A stretch of 64,000 bases of DNA from Eledone cirrhosa (lineage: Eukaryota), in assembly GCA_964016885.1 (NCBI GenBank), contig OZ024747.1:89156001-89220000 (forward strand), given 5' to 3'. The notes under the pieces are model-generated. The model was given only the letters and a program-made list of their open reading frames with translations. It was not told where the DNA came from and made no database searches. A program made the translations under genes and the position numbers. Below, in pieces: positions 13,395-25,525 of this stretch. Every line of letters starts with the position of its first letter. The stretch's first letter is position 1.

Positions 13395-13620
13395 ATATTT
13401 ATTAAAATAACAGATTAAAGTTTAAGCAAAGAATCGCTGCTTTCACCCTTAAAGGGATTTTTAGTTTCAGAAGATCCTGTTAAGGGTGAAAGCAGCAATT
13501 CTTTGCTTAAACTTTAATCTGTTATTTTAATAAATATTTGCTCTATGGTTGTTATATATCTGATATATATTTATCCTTATCGAGCCCTCTTTGGACTTTA
13601 GTCGTCACATTTATTATTAT
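13395..13620 (+). mobile_element. fold-back (palindromic) element with degenerate hammerhead core and tail
   Basis: Inverted arms ~13395-13463 / ~13468-13537; CAGAAGA-tcctgttaagggt-GAAA; tail motif TATCGAGCCCTC at 13578-13589; (TA)n on both sides. Confidence 0.8.
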
Positions 13621-13635
13621 TAATATATATATATA

Positions 13636-13833
13636 ATTGGAAATCAGTAAAATCGAATCTCTGGCGGTTTGCAAGTAAATTCGGCCTACTTATATGAAAT
13701 GATGAGTTAGCAAAGCACTCGATAAGATAGGGCCTCAGAGTAATAACATACGTTTAAATAGCCTGACAAATCGAACATTGTGGTAGGCGAAACTAACACA
13801 CAAACATACCAAAGTAACGATAGAACTAATCAG
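13636..13833 (-). mobile_element. (TA)n-inserted ~200-bp repeat with tail motif
   Basis: Homologous to 40714-40920; minus-strand TATCGAGTGCTT at 13724-13713. Confidence 0.75.
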
Positions 13834-13945
<112 letters not shown>

Positions 13946-14303
13946 ATTGTTCAATCTAAAATTTAAATAACTCTAGTTCTATAAATGTTAGAATTAATCT
14001 GTGAAAAAAGATAAGTGAAAGAAATATTTATCTTTTTAATTAGTTCATTCGTGAGATAGTTAATTTGCAATATGTCCATCATCATTACATACATAAACTG
14101 TAATGCAATTCCTGTCTTCTCGAAATATGGTTTGCAGCTGATTTTTTGTAATAATGTGAATCACATTAGTTATTCTAGCCAACAAATAATCTACAGTTGG
14201 AGAATGACGTAGCTAGAGTGTGTGCCGCCTCGGGCAGGCCTTCAGTTTGGCGTCCTCGGTACCCCACAAAAAATACATATTGCTCAGTGACTCACTCTTA
14301 AAG

Positions 14304-14340
<37 letters not shown>

Positions 14341-14345
<5 letters not shown>

Positions 14346-14586
14346 GAGGTTACACAACAGTTAGTTCAACATACCGAGAACAATTGTTTCACCTTAGCGG
14401 ATCCTCAGCTCGTAATGGACAATGAACCATGTCCATTATGAGCTGAGGATCCGCTAAGGTGAAACAATTGTTCTCGGTATGTTGAACTAACTGTTGTGTA
14501 ACCTCTTCTACCTAACTCGTCCCATGGACTGAGTGCTCTACCACTACGGATATTACCTTCCAGTGTTCTACCTCTCTCTCTCCTCT
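14341..14586 (+). mobile_element. fold-back element: 81-bp inverted arms, hammerhead motif on both strands, plus tail
   Basis: Arms 14341-14421 / 14430-14510 with one mismatch and an 8-nt loop; tail motif GACTGAGTGCTC at 14527-14538; (TA)n flanks. Confidence 0.9.
14439..14476 (+). ncRNA. minimal type I hammerhead ribozyme motif (mirror copy on minus strand 14412-14375)
   Basis: tgag-CTGAGGA-tccgctaaggt-GAAA-c-AATT-g-T-T-ctcg: core CUGANGA/GAAA, stem I GAG/CTC, short stem III with palindromic AAUU loop, NUH = GUU. Confidence 0.75.
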
Positions 14587-15174
14587 ATATATATATATAT
14601 TAACTAGTCTGTGTACAATCATAATATTATGCTGTCGCATTAAAAGAACACTTATAGCCTACAGCAGACCCAAAAGTGCCGCCTTCATAAAAGTGTCACT
14701 CGGGGTGGACCACCACCCCCTCTACCTACGCTACTGCTGTCGGAGATTTAGTTGAATAGTACTTTTACATGACTCCATAAAATATACTTCAATTAAATAC
14801 ATTAATTTTTATATTGACAACTCTAAAATAAATGCATTAGGTTTCTAAATGATTAATTCTATCATATATAGAAGTAAAGTTATAAAACTGTTAATTTTTA
14901 CAAGAACTTTATTGTGACCCTGTATATATACACACATATGTCTGTGTGTCTCTCTCTCTTTCCCGCCTGTCATTATCACTGTTGGTCACTAGTGGTAATG
15001 ATAGCTTTTGTAGTAATAAGATTGCCACCATCCAGGCATTCCCTTTGAAGGTTTGGTTCTACAGAGTCATGAAGGTTGATTACAAGAGTTATATATATAT
15101 GTATTCTAAAGTATTACTAGGTTTTGCAAAATCCTAAAGACATTCATTCATTTATATATATATATATGCAAGCA

Positions 15175-15493
15175 TGGTCCTGTAACTCCTGAGAGAGTCA
15201 TAGAGGCACAGTATTGACATATGGCATTTCTAGGGCATTTTTAAAAACCTGGCAGAGCCCATCTTCTCTCCATGTATGAATGTTGCAGATTTCTTCCCGA
15301 GATGGACAGAGAGTAAGAGAATGGAAGTGAGAAAGATATAAAGGAAGAATTGGCCCCAGTATTTGCCTGGTACAACTTTTATCAACCTCAAATGGATAAA
15401 AAGCAAAGTTGACTTTGGCAGGATTTGAACTCAGAGATTAGAGAGCCGAAATTAATACTGCAAAGTATTCTATCCGACATTCTAACAACTCTG

Positions 15494-15497
<4 letters not shown>
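15175..15497 (-). mobile_element. SINE variant with extended 3' segment
   Basis: ggatttgaactcag (reverse complement of B-box) plus shared block gtcctgtaactcctg...cctggcagag; copies at 59930-60260 and 63160-63465. Confidence 0.7.
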
Positions 15498-15531
<34 letters not shown>

Positions 15532-16184
15532 AATTCAAAATTACTTCAGCCCCAGAAGAATGTTAACAATGCTAGTATAAAAATAGGAAGATAAGATAAA
15601 AGGTATAAACAAGAAATGTTTCTTTTCACTGGATTTAAATATAAAAACAAATACAAATATATGTAAACCATATGTAGCCAGTGATGACAGCTGGAAGAGT
15701 TAAGGGTATTTCACTATTGACAAATATTTTGTCATCAGCTTTGGTTTGCTGGCTCTAGTCACTTTAGTGTCTTCCATTAGCTTTTAATGCTAAATTTAAG
15801 CCCTTGATCTCATCTTTAGATAAGTCAGCTAAATATCCTGTATTGACTTATGATACTCATGATTAGACTGGGGACTTTTTTTTTTTAAATGAGAATATTT
15901 TTTTTTTGTTATCTGTTATGTATAAACATATTATGTTAACTATATTTTACAGACAGAAGTTATACAATCATGGAAATATAATAAAAAGATAAAAAGATAA
16001 AATCAAAATTAAGTAATGAAAAAAGGGGGAAGGGGTAAAGTAAAGAATGTCAGATCTGGCTGTAAAGGAAAGGACTATAAATACCATAAATGAGAGGAAA
16101 AGGAGTGAAAGAGCAAGGACTATTAGGTAATGGAAGAAAGAAAGGGGAAAAGGGAGAGGGTGGCAGATTCTATGTCTATGTTGG

Positions 16185-16490
16185 GGCTGTGTTTCGGCTG
16201 TATCCTGTGGACAAAACTGCAGAGACATTTCCGTGAACAATGGCCAGCAACAGCCATCCCACCTCGCGAGGCTCCTTCCTTAGACAGGCTGCCACCATTT
16301 CGATTTTGCAGAAGACTCGGCTGTCTTGGATCCGAGGATACCTGAGGTATCAATGGCGACCAGTGCAAAGAAGAAGCAACGAGACAAGCCCCAATATTTG
16401 CTTGTCTTCCTGTCCTGTGCATTGCGGGCCACCGTACCAGGGTTTGTGGCCAAAGAGACTAAGTTGTGGTCTAAGAGACATGTCACTGGT
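16185..16490 (-). mobile_element. CRE-like non-LTR retrotransposon, C-terminal restriction-like endonuclease fragment
   Basis: ATNPGTVARNAQDRKTSKY..FFFALVAIDTSGILG..KEPREVGWL..LAIVHGNVSAVL; same domain as 61700-62170. Confidence 0.75.
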
Positions 16491-16752
16491 TATGATTTCA
16501 TGTATGTATGTATAGGTGTTTGTCTGTGTTCCGAGAAAAACATACAGGTAAAGACCTATACATAAAACTAAATTAAGTCTTAGCATTGTGTAATGATTCA
16601 TCAGAAAACTAGTTTTGTTAATTCAAATGTCTATAGTATTTTTACTTCTGGACATATCATGTGAACATTTGCAGTATTAAAGTAAAAACAGTCATGTGAT
16701 GCAATGTTATGTCTGCCATATAACACCAAATATTCTCACTTATGTATTAGAC

Positions 16753-16906
16753 CAGGCATGGGCAACCTTTTTAGAGCATATGATGTGGCTCTTCATAAAG
16801 CGGGCCACACAACTAAAAAATTCAAGGCAATTTTGAAATTAGGGGTGTCATTCAGAAAGACAAATGGGCTGCATGCAGCTCGCGAGTTGCATGCAGCCCA
16901 TGACTG
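16753..16906. mobile_element. hAT (Charlie-like) MITE
   Basis: TIR CAGGCATGGGCAAC / GCAGCCCATGACTG with exact 8-bp TSD TATTAGAC (16745-16752, 16907-16914). Confidence 0.85.
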
Positions 16907-17694
16907 TATTAGACACTTCTTCTTAAGTATCTTTTGTTACACTATATTGTAATGGTTATTGTTTAGCCCCAGGTAAGTCATGCGCAAGTGAACCTATAAT
17001 CAATGATGTTCCAAACTATATTATTCCATGTGTCTATTTGGAAGGTGGTAGGATGCAACTTTTAGGGAGATTTTTGCAGTTATTTCCAGCAGGTGGAGTA
17101 ATCACATAAAATATCTTATGGCATTTATTTCAGTATCGACTACATCTCTTCATGCCCAGGCTAAAAGTACCAGTACTATAGTCAATACAATCAACTACAA
17201 TCATTGCCCCAGTATGGTCATAGTCCAATAACTAAAACCAGTAATAAAATAGACTTTTATGTATGTCATAAGTAGTGAACGTATGCATCTGTGTCTATAC
17301 TCACACACAGACCACATGGAGGCAAGTTTGAAGTAAACCAACACTGGTTTTCAATCAACTACTTTGATGACCAACAGTAAAAGTTGAAATGTAGTTATGG
17401 TGGAAACAGTGCCGGAGAAAAGGAGTGGAAGAGACAAACAAAGAAATGTTCAAAGAACCACTCCTATATCATTGTTATTATCAGTGAACATCTACACTCA
17501 TTTCATGCAAAGGAAAAATACAAGACTTCTGATTAGTTGTTGTTGTTTAACCTTACAATTAAAAGCATTCCAACCATGATCATCCTGATTTTTTTTTCTT
17601 CAGACAATACATCTAGGACCACATTTTTCAAGATGGTAGAGTCTGAATTAAGATATTTGGCAGCTAATTCTAGCAGCTCTGTAGTTGGTTTGAC

Positions 17695-20600
17695 TTCTTC
17701 ACCCATTTATTCCTGAGAAGGTCACTGAGGCAGAGTCCTCAGGCAAGCCTTCCAGAGTCCTATTCATCATCATCAACGTTTAACGTCCGTGTTCCACGCT
17801 TGCATGGGTTTGGACGGGGGTTTCCCACTTGAGTCAAGAGTGATTATCTTGCTCGCATAGGACTATCTGGCGGGTTTTCTACAGCTGGATGCCCTTCCTA
17901 ACACCAACCACATTTACAGTGTGGGGCTGGGAGGTTTTTACCGTGTTGCCTACACGGCCACATTACAGCGTGAACTGTGTTTTTTTGACGTGACACCTAC
18001 ACGATCTCATTTGTTTCGGCCTGGATGTTGTGGCACCAACATAACTTTACATTGAAAGGGGCGGTGTGGATGGGGTGGTGGTGGTGGGACGGGGGTGTAT
18101 TTTGTTAGAGATGCCTACTGACTGTAGTAGGTTTTACTTTGTATTTAGGTAAGGCGGGTCTTCTCTATTACTGAGTACCGCCAAAGGTCTCGGTCCAGTG
18201 ACATTGTCTTGGTGAGGTGTGTGTGAGGTCGGAATTTATCAGCTCGTCCCAGGTTTTTCTGGGTCTGCCTATTCCGTGGCTACCGTCTATCTTTATTGCC
18301 CTGCACTTTGTTATACAGCTATTGTCTTTCATGCGCATCACGTGACCATACCAACGTAGCCTTCTCTCGAGTAAACAACATCTGATCCCTCTTATTTCTA
18401 ATTTTTAAGCAACTATTATAAGCAACTATCTCCAAATGAACTGGCTGGATCTCCAAGTGAGATCAACCAAGCTTATGGATGTTACCCAACCATCTGGTTT
18501 CCTCCTCATAAAATTTGTCCAGTGAGTCTTTGCTTGGGCATTCTAACCACATGTCAGTAGTACTGGAGTTGTAATCTCTCGATGTGGAAAACTAGCGGCT
18601 CTACCAGGAGCAACGCTCTGATCTCTGAGCTACACACCCTATCAAGTATCAATACTCCAAAGAGACTTCGGAGGAATCCTATTTCAGTCACTAGTATTCA
18701 TGATTGTATTCTTTCAGTCATTACCCAAGATTCATGACCATAGGTAAGGGTTGGCACGAACATTGAACTGAAAATAGGGAGTTTCGTTTATACCCCTACC
18801 AACCTTTTTCTGACGACCGAGGATTGAAGCAGGTTTGAAGACCTGGAATGACTTTACAAGCTACGCACTATTGACTAACATTACTCCAAAGACGCTTCAG
18901 AGGAATCCCATTTTTGCTGCTTGTATTCTTTCAGTCATTACCCAAAATTCATAACCATAGGTAAGGGTTGGCACGAATACCGAATTGAAGATAGTGAGTT
19001 TGGTTTTTACGCCTACTTCTCTTCTTCTGCAATTCATGTACTTAATTCAAGACCCCAGCCTTCCATCACTTGTGAACACGGCCCTGAGATACTTGAACTT
19101 CTCTACCTGCTTCAGTAGAACTCCATTTACATGTAGAATGCACTGCGCAGGCTTCCTTGAGAGGACGAGTGTCTCAGTTTTCGTAGTACTGATTTTCATT
19201 CCAGCCATGCAGCACTTGACATCAAACCTATCAAGTGCAAGTCGAAGATCATCTTCTGTTGAGTTAAGTAATACCATGTCATCTGCAAATTCCAGCCGAC
19301 TGATTTTACACCTGCCAGTCATAATACCACTTCCAACCCAGCTGCGCTTGTCAATCTTGTTCATGTAAATAATGAACAGGAGAGTTAGCAGTACGCATCT
19401 TTGGCGAAGTCCGAATCCCACACTGAATGGTTTTGATTTAGCACCATTTATCCGAACACAAATACTCGGGCATTCATATCGAGATATCAGGGCAGCAAGA
19501 AGCTGACCATCAATCCCATACTCCTGCACAGCAGGTCCCGAGAAACGCGGTCATATGCCTTCTCAAGATCGACAAAACAAGAATATACTTCTTGGCAATA
19601 CTCCCACAATTTCTCAAATACCTGCCGCAGTGTGAATACTTGGTTGGCTGTGCTGTGTCCGGGGTGAAAACCACACTGTTCATCAGCTAGCTTGGACTCA
19701 ACAATCTCCCTGCATCTCTTTGCCAGACACTTAACAGTCTTTTCCAGGAAGGCTTAACAAGGCGATCCCTCTGTAATTGGAACAATCTCTCTTGTCTCCG
19801 TTTTTGAAAATTAGGATTATCACTCCTGATTGCCATTGCTTAAGTGCCTTTCCAGAGATCCAGGCCACCAGGCACACAAGAGTCAGCCAGAGAATCCCTT
19901 CTCTATTTAAGGCTTTTAACATCTTGGGCTGGATTTCATCTTCCCAGTGGCTTTGCCCCATTTAAGCTCTTTAACTGCTCTTGTGACCTCAGGCTCTGAG
20001 AGATTAGTCACCACTCCCATATGCACCTCATGTACAGCCCAAGATGCTGTTGTGATTGGGTAAAGTATTCTCTCCACCTCACAAGGATGCACATCTCTGA
20101 AGAGAGGAGAACCCCAGACGCTTTCTTGATGGCAGGTGTGGAGGAAGGCTTCTTATTATGAATTCGGCGCATGGTCTGCCAGAACACTTTATTTGCTGAT
20201 CTGAAGTCAGATTCCAACTTAATCCTAAAGTCCTCCCATATCTTAACTTTGGACACTTTTACTATATCTGCTGCGATTTTTTGTGCCTGGTTGTACCACA
20301 AGTGCAAGGAGGGCTTATGTAAGGAGGGTTTTGAAGCCTCATTCTTTGCTTGGATGGAATCTTTGACCTCTTGCTGGAACCAAGGAGTCTTCCTGCCATC
20401 TGGCGCCACATCAAGCCTCTTTTGCCTGCAGTATTTAAAAGCTGAAGCACAACAATCTCCACTCTGTATCAATGTCTTCAGTTTGCTCAGGGAGTTCTCT
20501 GAATTTGGATGCAATATTATCTGCATACCTGGTCCTGGCTTCCTTATCCACCAATGCTTCCCACTTTATCCCGCAGGCTGCCCTGAACCTGCCAGTTTTG

Positions 20601-20860
20601 TGGGCTTCATTGGCTTTAAGAAGTGTCAAGTTGCAGTTAACTAGATGGTAATCAGTTGACAGCTCAGCCCCTCTTTTAACATTAACATCCAGCACAGAAT
20701 CAAAGAGATCAGAGACAATAACAAAATTAATTATTGATCTCTGTCCCTGATTCCCCTTATACCGTATACATTTATAGATGTCTCTGTGCTGGAAGAGAGT
20801 GTTCATAATAGAGAGCCCATTGCTAGAACAAAAGTCTAGTAACACCTCTCAATTCGTAAT
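17695..20860 (-). mobile_element. decayed RTE-clade LINE (APE C-terminus + RT), with nested insertion and a duplicated segment
   Basis: LLDFCSSNGLSIMNT, RSIINF, ELSTDYHLV (APE end); KNGDKRDCSNYRGIALLSLPGK, GLRQRCVL, LEFADD, VEKFKYL (RT); 3' end at 17695-17763 matches 39918-40160. Confidence 0.9.
17765..18405 (-). mobile_element. RTE LINE 3' end nested inside an older RTE copy
   Basis: (CAT)n tail; minus-strand [18 protein letters not shown]; near-identical to 8878-9410. Confidence 0.88.
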
Positions 20861-22102
20861 ATAACTAATTTTCTAATTTTTCATTTGGTGTTTGGAGAAA
20901 TTCAATAAAGTTATTACATAAAATTATGATGGAAGGTTTTTTTAAAATTCCATATAAACACTCTAAAATAAACAGCTAAGTATTGTAGAACCAAGGACAG
21001 TTTCAGATGATTTGATATCAAATGTGTTCAATCATGTCTTATTTCATTGTTGGATAGCATTACACTTTTAACATCTGTCACATACCATTTAACTTTTTAT
21101 AGAGGGGAGAAAAAAAGAAAAAGAAACATTTAGTCATTCTTTATATCCAGTAACAATCTAAATCTTTGGTGTGCAAATTAGCGTTGCTCAAATTTCCAAG
21201 CTATATGTGAAACAACACAACTCAAAGCTGGAGTAATTTAAATTGTCAAAGCATCAAGGTTTAACCTAATATAAAACCTGCGAAACACAGTGATAGGAGG
21301 ACTCTTCAAATGTGTCAAAGACATGACAAACTCCTTAGTTGTTAAAAGAATATGCCTTCTATCGTCTGCAAGATATTTACATCTCACGTGATTTGAGTTA
21401 CACCCATTACGTTCTGTAAACTGGTTGGTAATAGGAAGGATATCCAGCCATAGAGAAACTACCAAAGTGTCAGGACTCCTCCTCTTCCGCTGTATTAAAG
21501 ACATTGACCTAGTCCTGGAGCTATGATGAAATGCAGGCACCTGGTTTATCTGACAGGTCAGTAACTTTGCTTGAGTACTGACCTGGTCTGTAACAAATCA
21601 TCAAATCCTGGTTAGTAAGAAAAATAGATGTTAACTGATGATGATGATGAAGGTGGTGATGCTCTTCTGCGTGTTCTACATGGCTACAGTATCACCACTA
21701 TTATTGTAGTTTCACATATACAGCAACACATGGAACTAACAATCTAATTCTAACAATTCAGCCATCTTCATAACACTTCACTGATATTTGACTATTTCAC
21801 TAACACTGCACTTCCTGGATTAATTTTAACATTGTTGACTGTTACACAAACAACCAATCCACTTGTCTACACAATAGAATAAGTGTCATTAGATGATAAT
21901 AGCTGATGTGTTTGTGTTTGCATACAAATGATGAAAGTTAAATGGGGGAAATATTAAAGTAGATGATAAATGGACTGAAGTAGACAAAAGAAGATTTGAA
22001 ATGATATAGACCATAGCTCAGAAAATAAAGTATCATATATGAAGGAGCAGCTTTATGTATGTTAGAAGATATGATGATGCTCTACAATTTGTTTCCATTT
22101 CC

Positions 22103-22658
22103 TACACTGTAAAGTGGTCGTGTAGGTGTCACGACTAAAAGCACCCAGCTCACACTGTAAAGTGGTCGTGTAGGTGTCACGATTAAAAGCACCCTGCCCA
22201 CACTGTAAAATGGTCGTGTAGGTGTCACGACTAAAAGCACCCTGCCCACACTGAAAGATTGTCATGTAGGTGTCACGACTAAAAGCACCCAGCTCACACT
22301 GTAAAGTGGTCGTGTAGGTGTCACGACTAAAAGCACCCAGCTCACACTGTAAAGTGGTTGTGTAGGTATCACGACTAAAAGCACCCTGCCCACACTGGAA
22401 AGTAGTCATGTAGGTGCCATGACTAAAAGCACCCAGCTCACACTGTAAAGTGGTCATATATGAGTTACGACAAAAAGCACCCAGAACACACTGTAAATAT
22501 GGTTGGCGTTAGGAAGGGTATCTAATCATAGAAATCTAGCCAGAAACAGTCCTATATGAGCAAGACACGGTCACCTGACCCAACTTGCCTCTAATGGGAC
22601 AACCCCTCTAACCGATGCTAGTGTGGAAAATGGACATTAAACAATGATAATGATGATG
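22103..22658 (+). mobile_element. RTE-tailed SINE-like element with ~8 tandem 48-bp modules (22103-22497)
   Basis: Unit cacactgtaaagtggtcgtgtaggtgtcacgactaaaagcacccagct (16-aa periodicity in ORF 22062), then gttaggaagggtatc block, hairpin and (TGA)n tail. Confidence 0.9.
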
Positions 22659-24272
22659 TGTGTGGTCAATGAAATGGTTTCATCATTCTTTAAATCATAC
22701 AATGTGAGTGTGTGTGTGTGTGTGTGGGGGGGGGGGGTTATTCAAAACATGTCTTGAATTATCAGCTGCATTTTTTCTCAATACAAACGTTTTATTAATT
22801 ACTCTACTTTATTTCCTTGTTATATCACACTGCAAAAACACTGCCTTTGTTCGTCCCCAATAACAAAATGTAACCAGTATGTTAACATACTTCGATCACT
22901 CAATCATCTATTTTCATCTTAGCAAAACTACTCCTTTCAGTAAACATACTAAATTAAGTCAATTGAAAATGAAATAAGTAAAGAGAACCATTAGATTTCA
23001 GTTAACTATTTCTCCCTGTAACAATCATAAAAGGAACCCGACAACTATGGTTAATAGCATCCATTCTTACCAACTTGACAACCAGTACTAATTTTAACTC
23101 CTTATAGTTGATTTTAGTTGGATTATCACATCTACATTAAAGCAGCAGTTGGCAAAAGTGCTGACATGTTGAGACTTGAAAAGACTATTTTCATTGTTTC
23201 AAAGCATGTTTTCAATTGAATCTAATGGAATCAACTAAATTTACTCTAGTAATACCTCTTATTTAGTAGTTAGTTTTAATGTTTGTGTCTCCTACTTTCT
23301 CATTGTCACGGAAGTCTGCCATACTGGTACAATTGTCCTACTAAATTTATGCATCAGTGTTGTGCTTTATGAATAACATATGGTTGTGCTTCAGTTAATA
23401 CCTACCTCGATTGTTAACATATATATATATATATATATATATACATACTTGTGTAGCTATATTGAGTTTTACTACTATATTGCTGTTGTTTGAGACTATC
23501 TGATTTCCATGCATGTGCAGTATTTCAAGAGTGCTAACTGCCCTGGACAGCAAATATGCTTCACCTCTTAGCAAGTGATCAATATAAACTTTTTAAGTAA
23601 AGACCTACACATCACAACTGTACAAAAGCAGTATAATACAAAAATAATGCCTATAACATCTGGAGAAAGTCACCCACCAAATCCAACTGGAAGATTTTAC
23701 TCACTATAGCAATATCTGCAAAATGAACCAGGAAAGCAAAAAATGTCTTCAACCATCACACAACCTACAAGCTCTCACATTCTAATTGCAGTCAAGTTTA
23801 GCCTTGTAAAATTCTACTAAATTCATAGAGTCCTTTTTCACCCTGCAACCCATACACCTCTATAAGTACCTTTCCTACAGGCAAATCTCCCATATTGGCT
23901 TCTAATTCGACAATGACTACACATACAACTCCCCCCAAACTCCATTTCTATTGCTACCAAATACACATAGTTGCCAAGTGAAAATATTTCCGAACACCAT
24001 TGGAATAACCAGCATCACTTCATTACCCTTTATCAGAACATTCTAGAGCTATCTTCTACACTCACTACACACCAATGTGTCCCATTCCCAAGAAATGCAA
24101 CCTCTCTAACCCTGTCTTATTGCCCTCATACTCAATATCTAGAAGCATCCACCTCAAGTCTAATGACCATCAGCACTGATATATCACAGATATTTTATTG
24201 AAAAAAAAATATATATATAGCAATGATCAGCAAATTATTCTACAGGGCTCAGTTGACACAACTGGAGTTTAA

Positions 24273-24492
24273 CCCTTTAGCATTTCCATTACTCTATATT
24301 TGATATTATATTTTCATGGTAAATCTTTACCTTACATAATTATATCACATAATATCGAATCTATGAGATTTTGATATTATTTATTTTGAAAACGATACCA
24401 TAATGTCAGTTTGAATGGCTGGTTACACCCTGTTTGAACTGAAAGAGGTGAGAGAATTCTGGTCGGATACGGGTGGTTTACATGCTAAAGGG
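24273..24492. mobile_element. TTAA-type MITE copy (opposite orientation to 3287)
   Basis: TTAA|CCCTTTAGCATTT...CATGCTAAAGGG|TTAA. Confidence 0.85.
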
Positions 24493-25239
24493 TTAAAAGC
24501 AATACATTTGGATGAAAGGAAAATAATATTGAATATAAATCTTTTGAAATTTGTGGCAGGAGGACATCTCTTAATAGTTGTGGTGTTATATCAGAATAAA
24601 ATAACTTTTGTTTACATATTTTAATAAAGAAAACAGTTTGGCCTCTTTATGGGAAGCTCATTAAGGTAACTGTTCCAGCAGGTGGTTAATATCAAATAAA
24701 GTAGTTATTTCAAAGAAAATATATGTAAAGATTATATAGAGAAAGCAGGACTAATTGCTTAGACAAGTTACTATATTACAAATATCAGCATGTAATCTTT
24801 TCATAAACAGAATGAAAAGTTATGAAAATTAATCTTTACAGAAATCTCATTTAGCTCCTAACTAGCTAAAAAAAATTAAAATTAATTGGCTGAACAAGAA
24901 TGCATTCAACTGCTCCATATAGTAAGGTATGAAAATTATAACTTTGTCAATTATAAAATATTGTCTACCTTTGTGTACAATATTTTATTATATTATTGTA
25001 AAATATCATTGTATACTTTTAGTACTTGTTGCTCATCAATTATAGTAACCTAAATAACACAGATCTAGCCAACACCTTAACACAACAAACTAATTTTGCT
25101 TGAATGAACGTAAGCTCTATGAAAACATTTTTCAAGAGGTATCATTAAAAAAACTCCAACTAAATCTGTCTTCACATGTTTGTTGTCATAACTGTTTGCT
25201 TTTGTTTTTTTTTCTATTTGAAAACTTCCTCAAAGGACC

Positions 25240-25525
25240 AATGGTTTCTAATTTAGATGCAAGGCCAGCAATTTTTCGGGAGATGAAATTCGATTAAATC
25301 GTCTACAGTATTTGAGCGGTACTTTATTTTATCGACCCCTGAAGGATTAAAGAAAAAATTGACCTCAACTTACAACTTATTAATTAAGGAATAATAATTC
25401 TAATATTAGCACAAAACCAACAATTCGGAGGAATAGGAAAATCGATTACATGGATTTCAGTACTTACTAGTACTTTATTTAATCGAACTCACAACGATGG
25501 AAGGCGAAATTGACCTCGGCACGTA
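25240..25525 (-). mobile_element. two truncated SINE family A copies
   Basis: aaggccagcaattt...tactttattttatcgacc...gacctc core occurs twice. Confidence 0.7.

Larger units (their letters stand above)
14202..14736. mobile_element. degenerate hAT-type MITE hosting a nested palindromic element
   Basis: TIR-like gaatgacgtagctag / ctacctacgctactg; imperfect 8-bp TSD cagttgga / ctgtcgga. Confidence 0.55.

Noticed and set aside
23560-24200. Possible old LINE fragment
   Set aside because: C/A-rich with hints of coding decay, but no diagnostic motif could be read with confidence.
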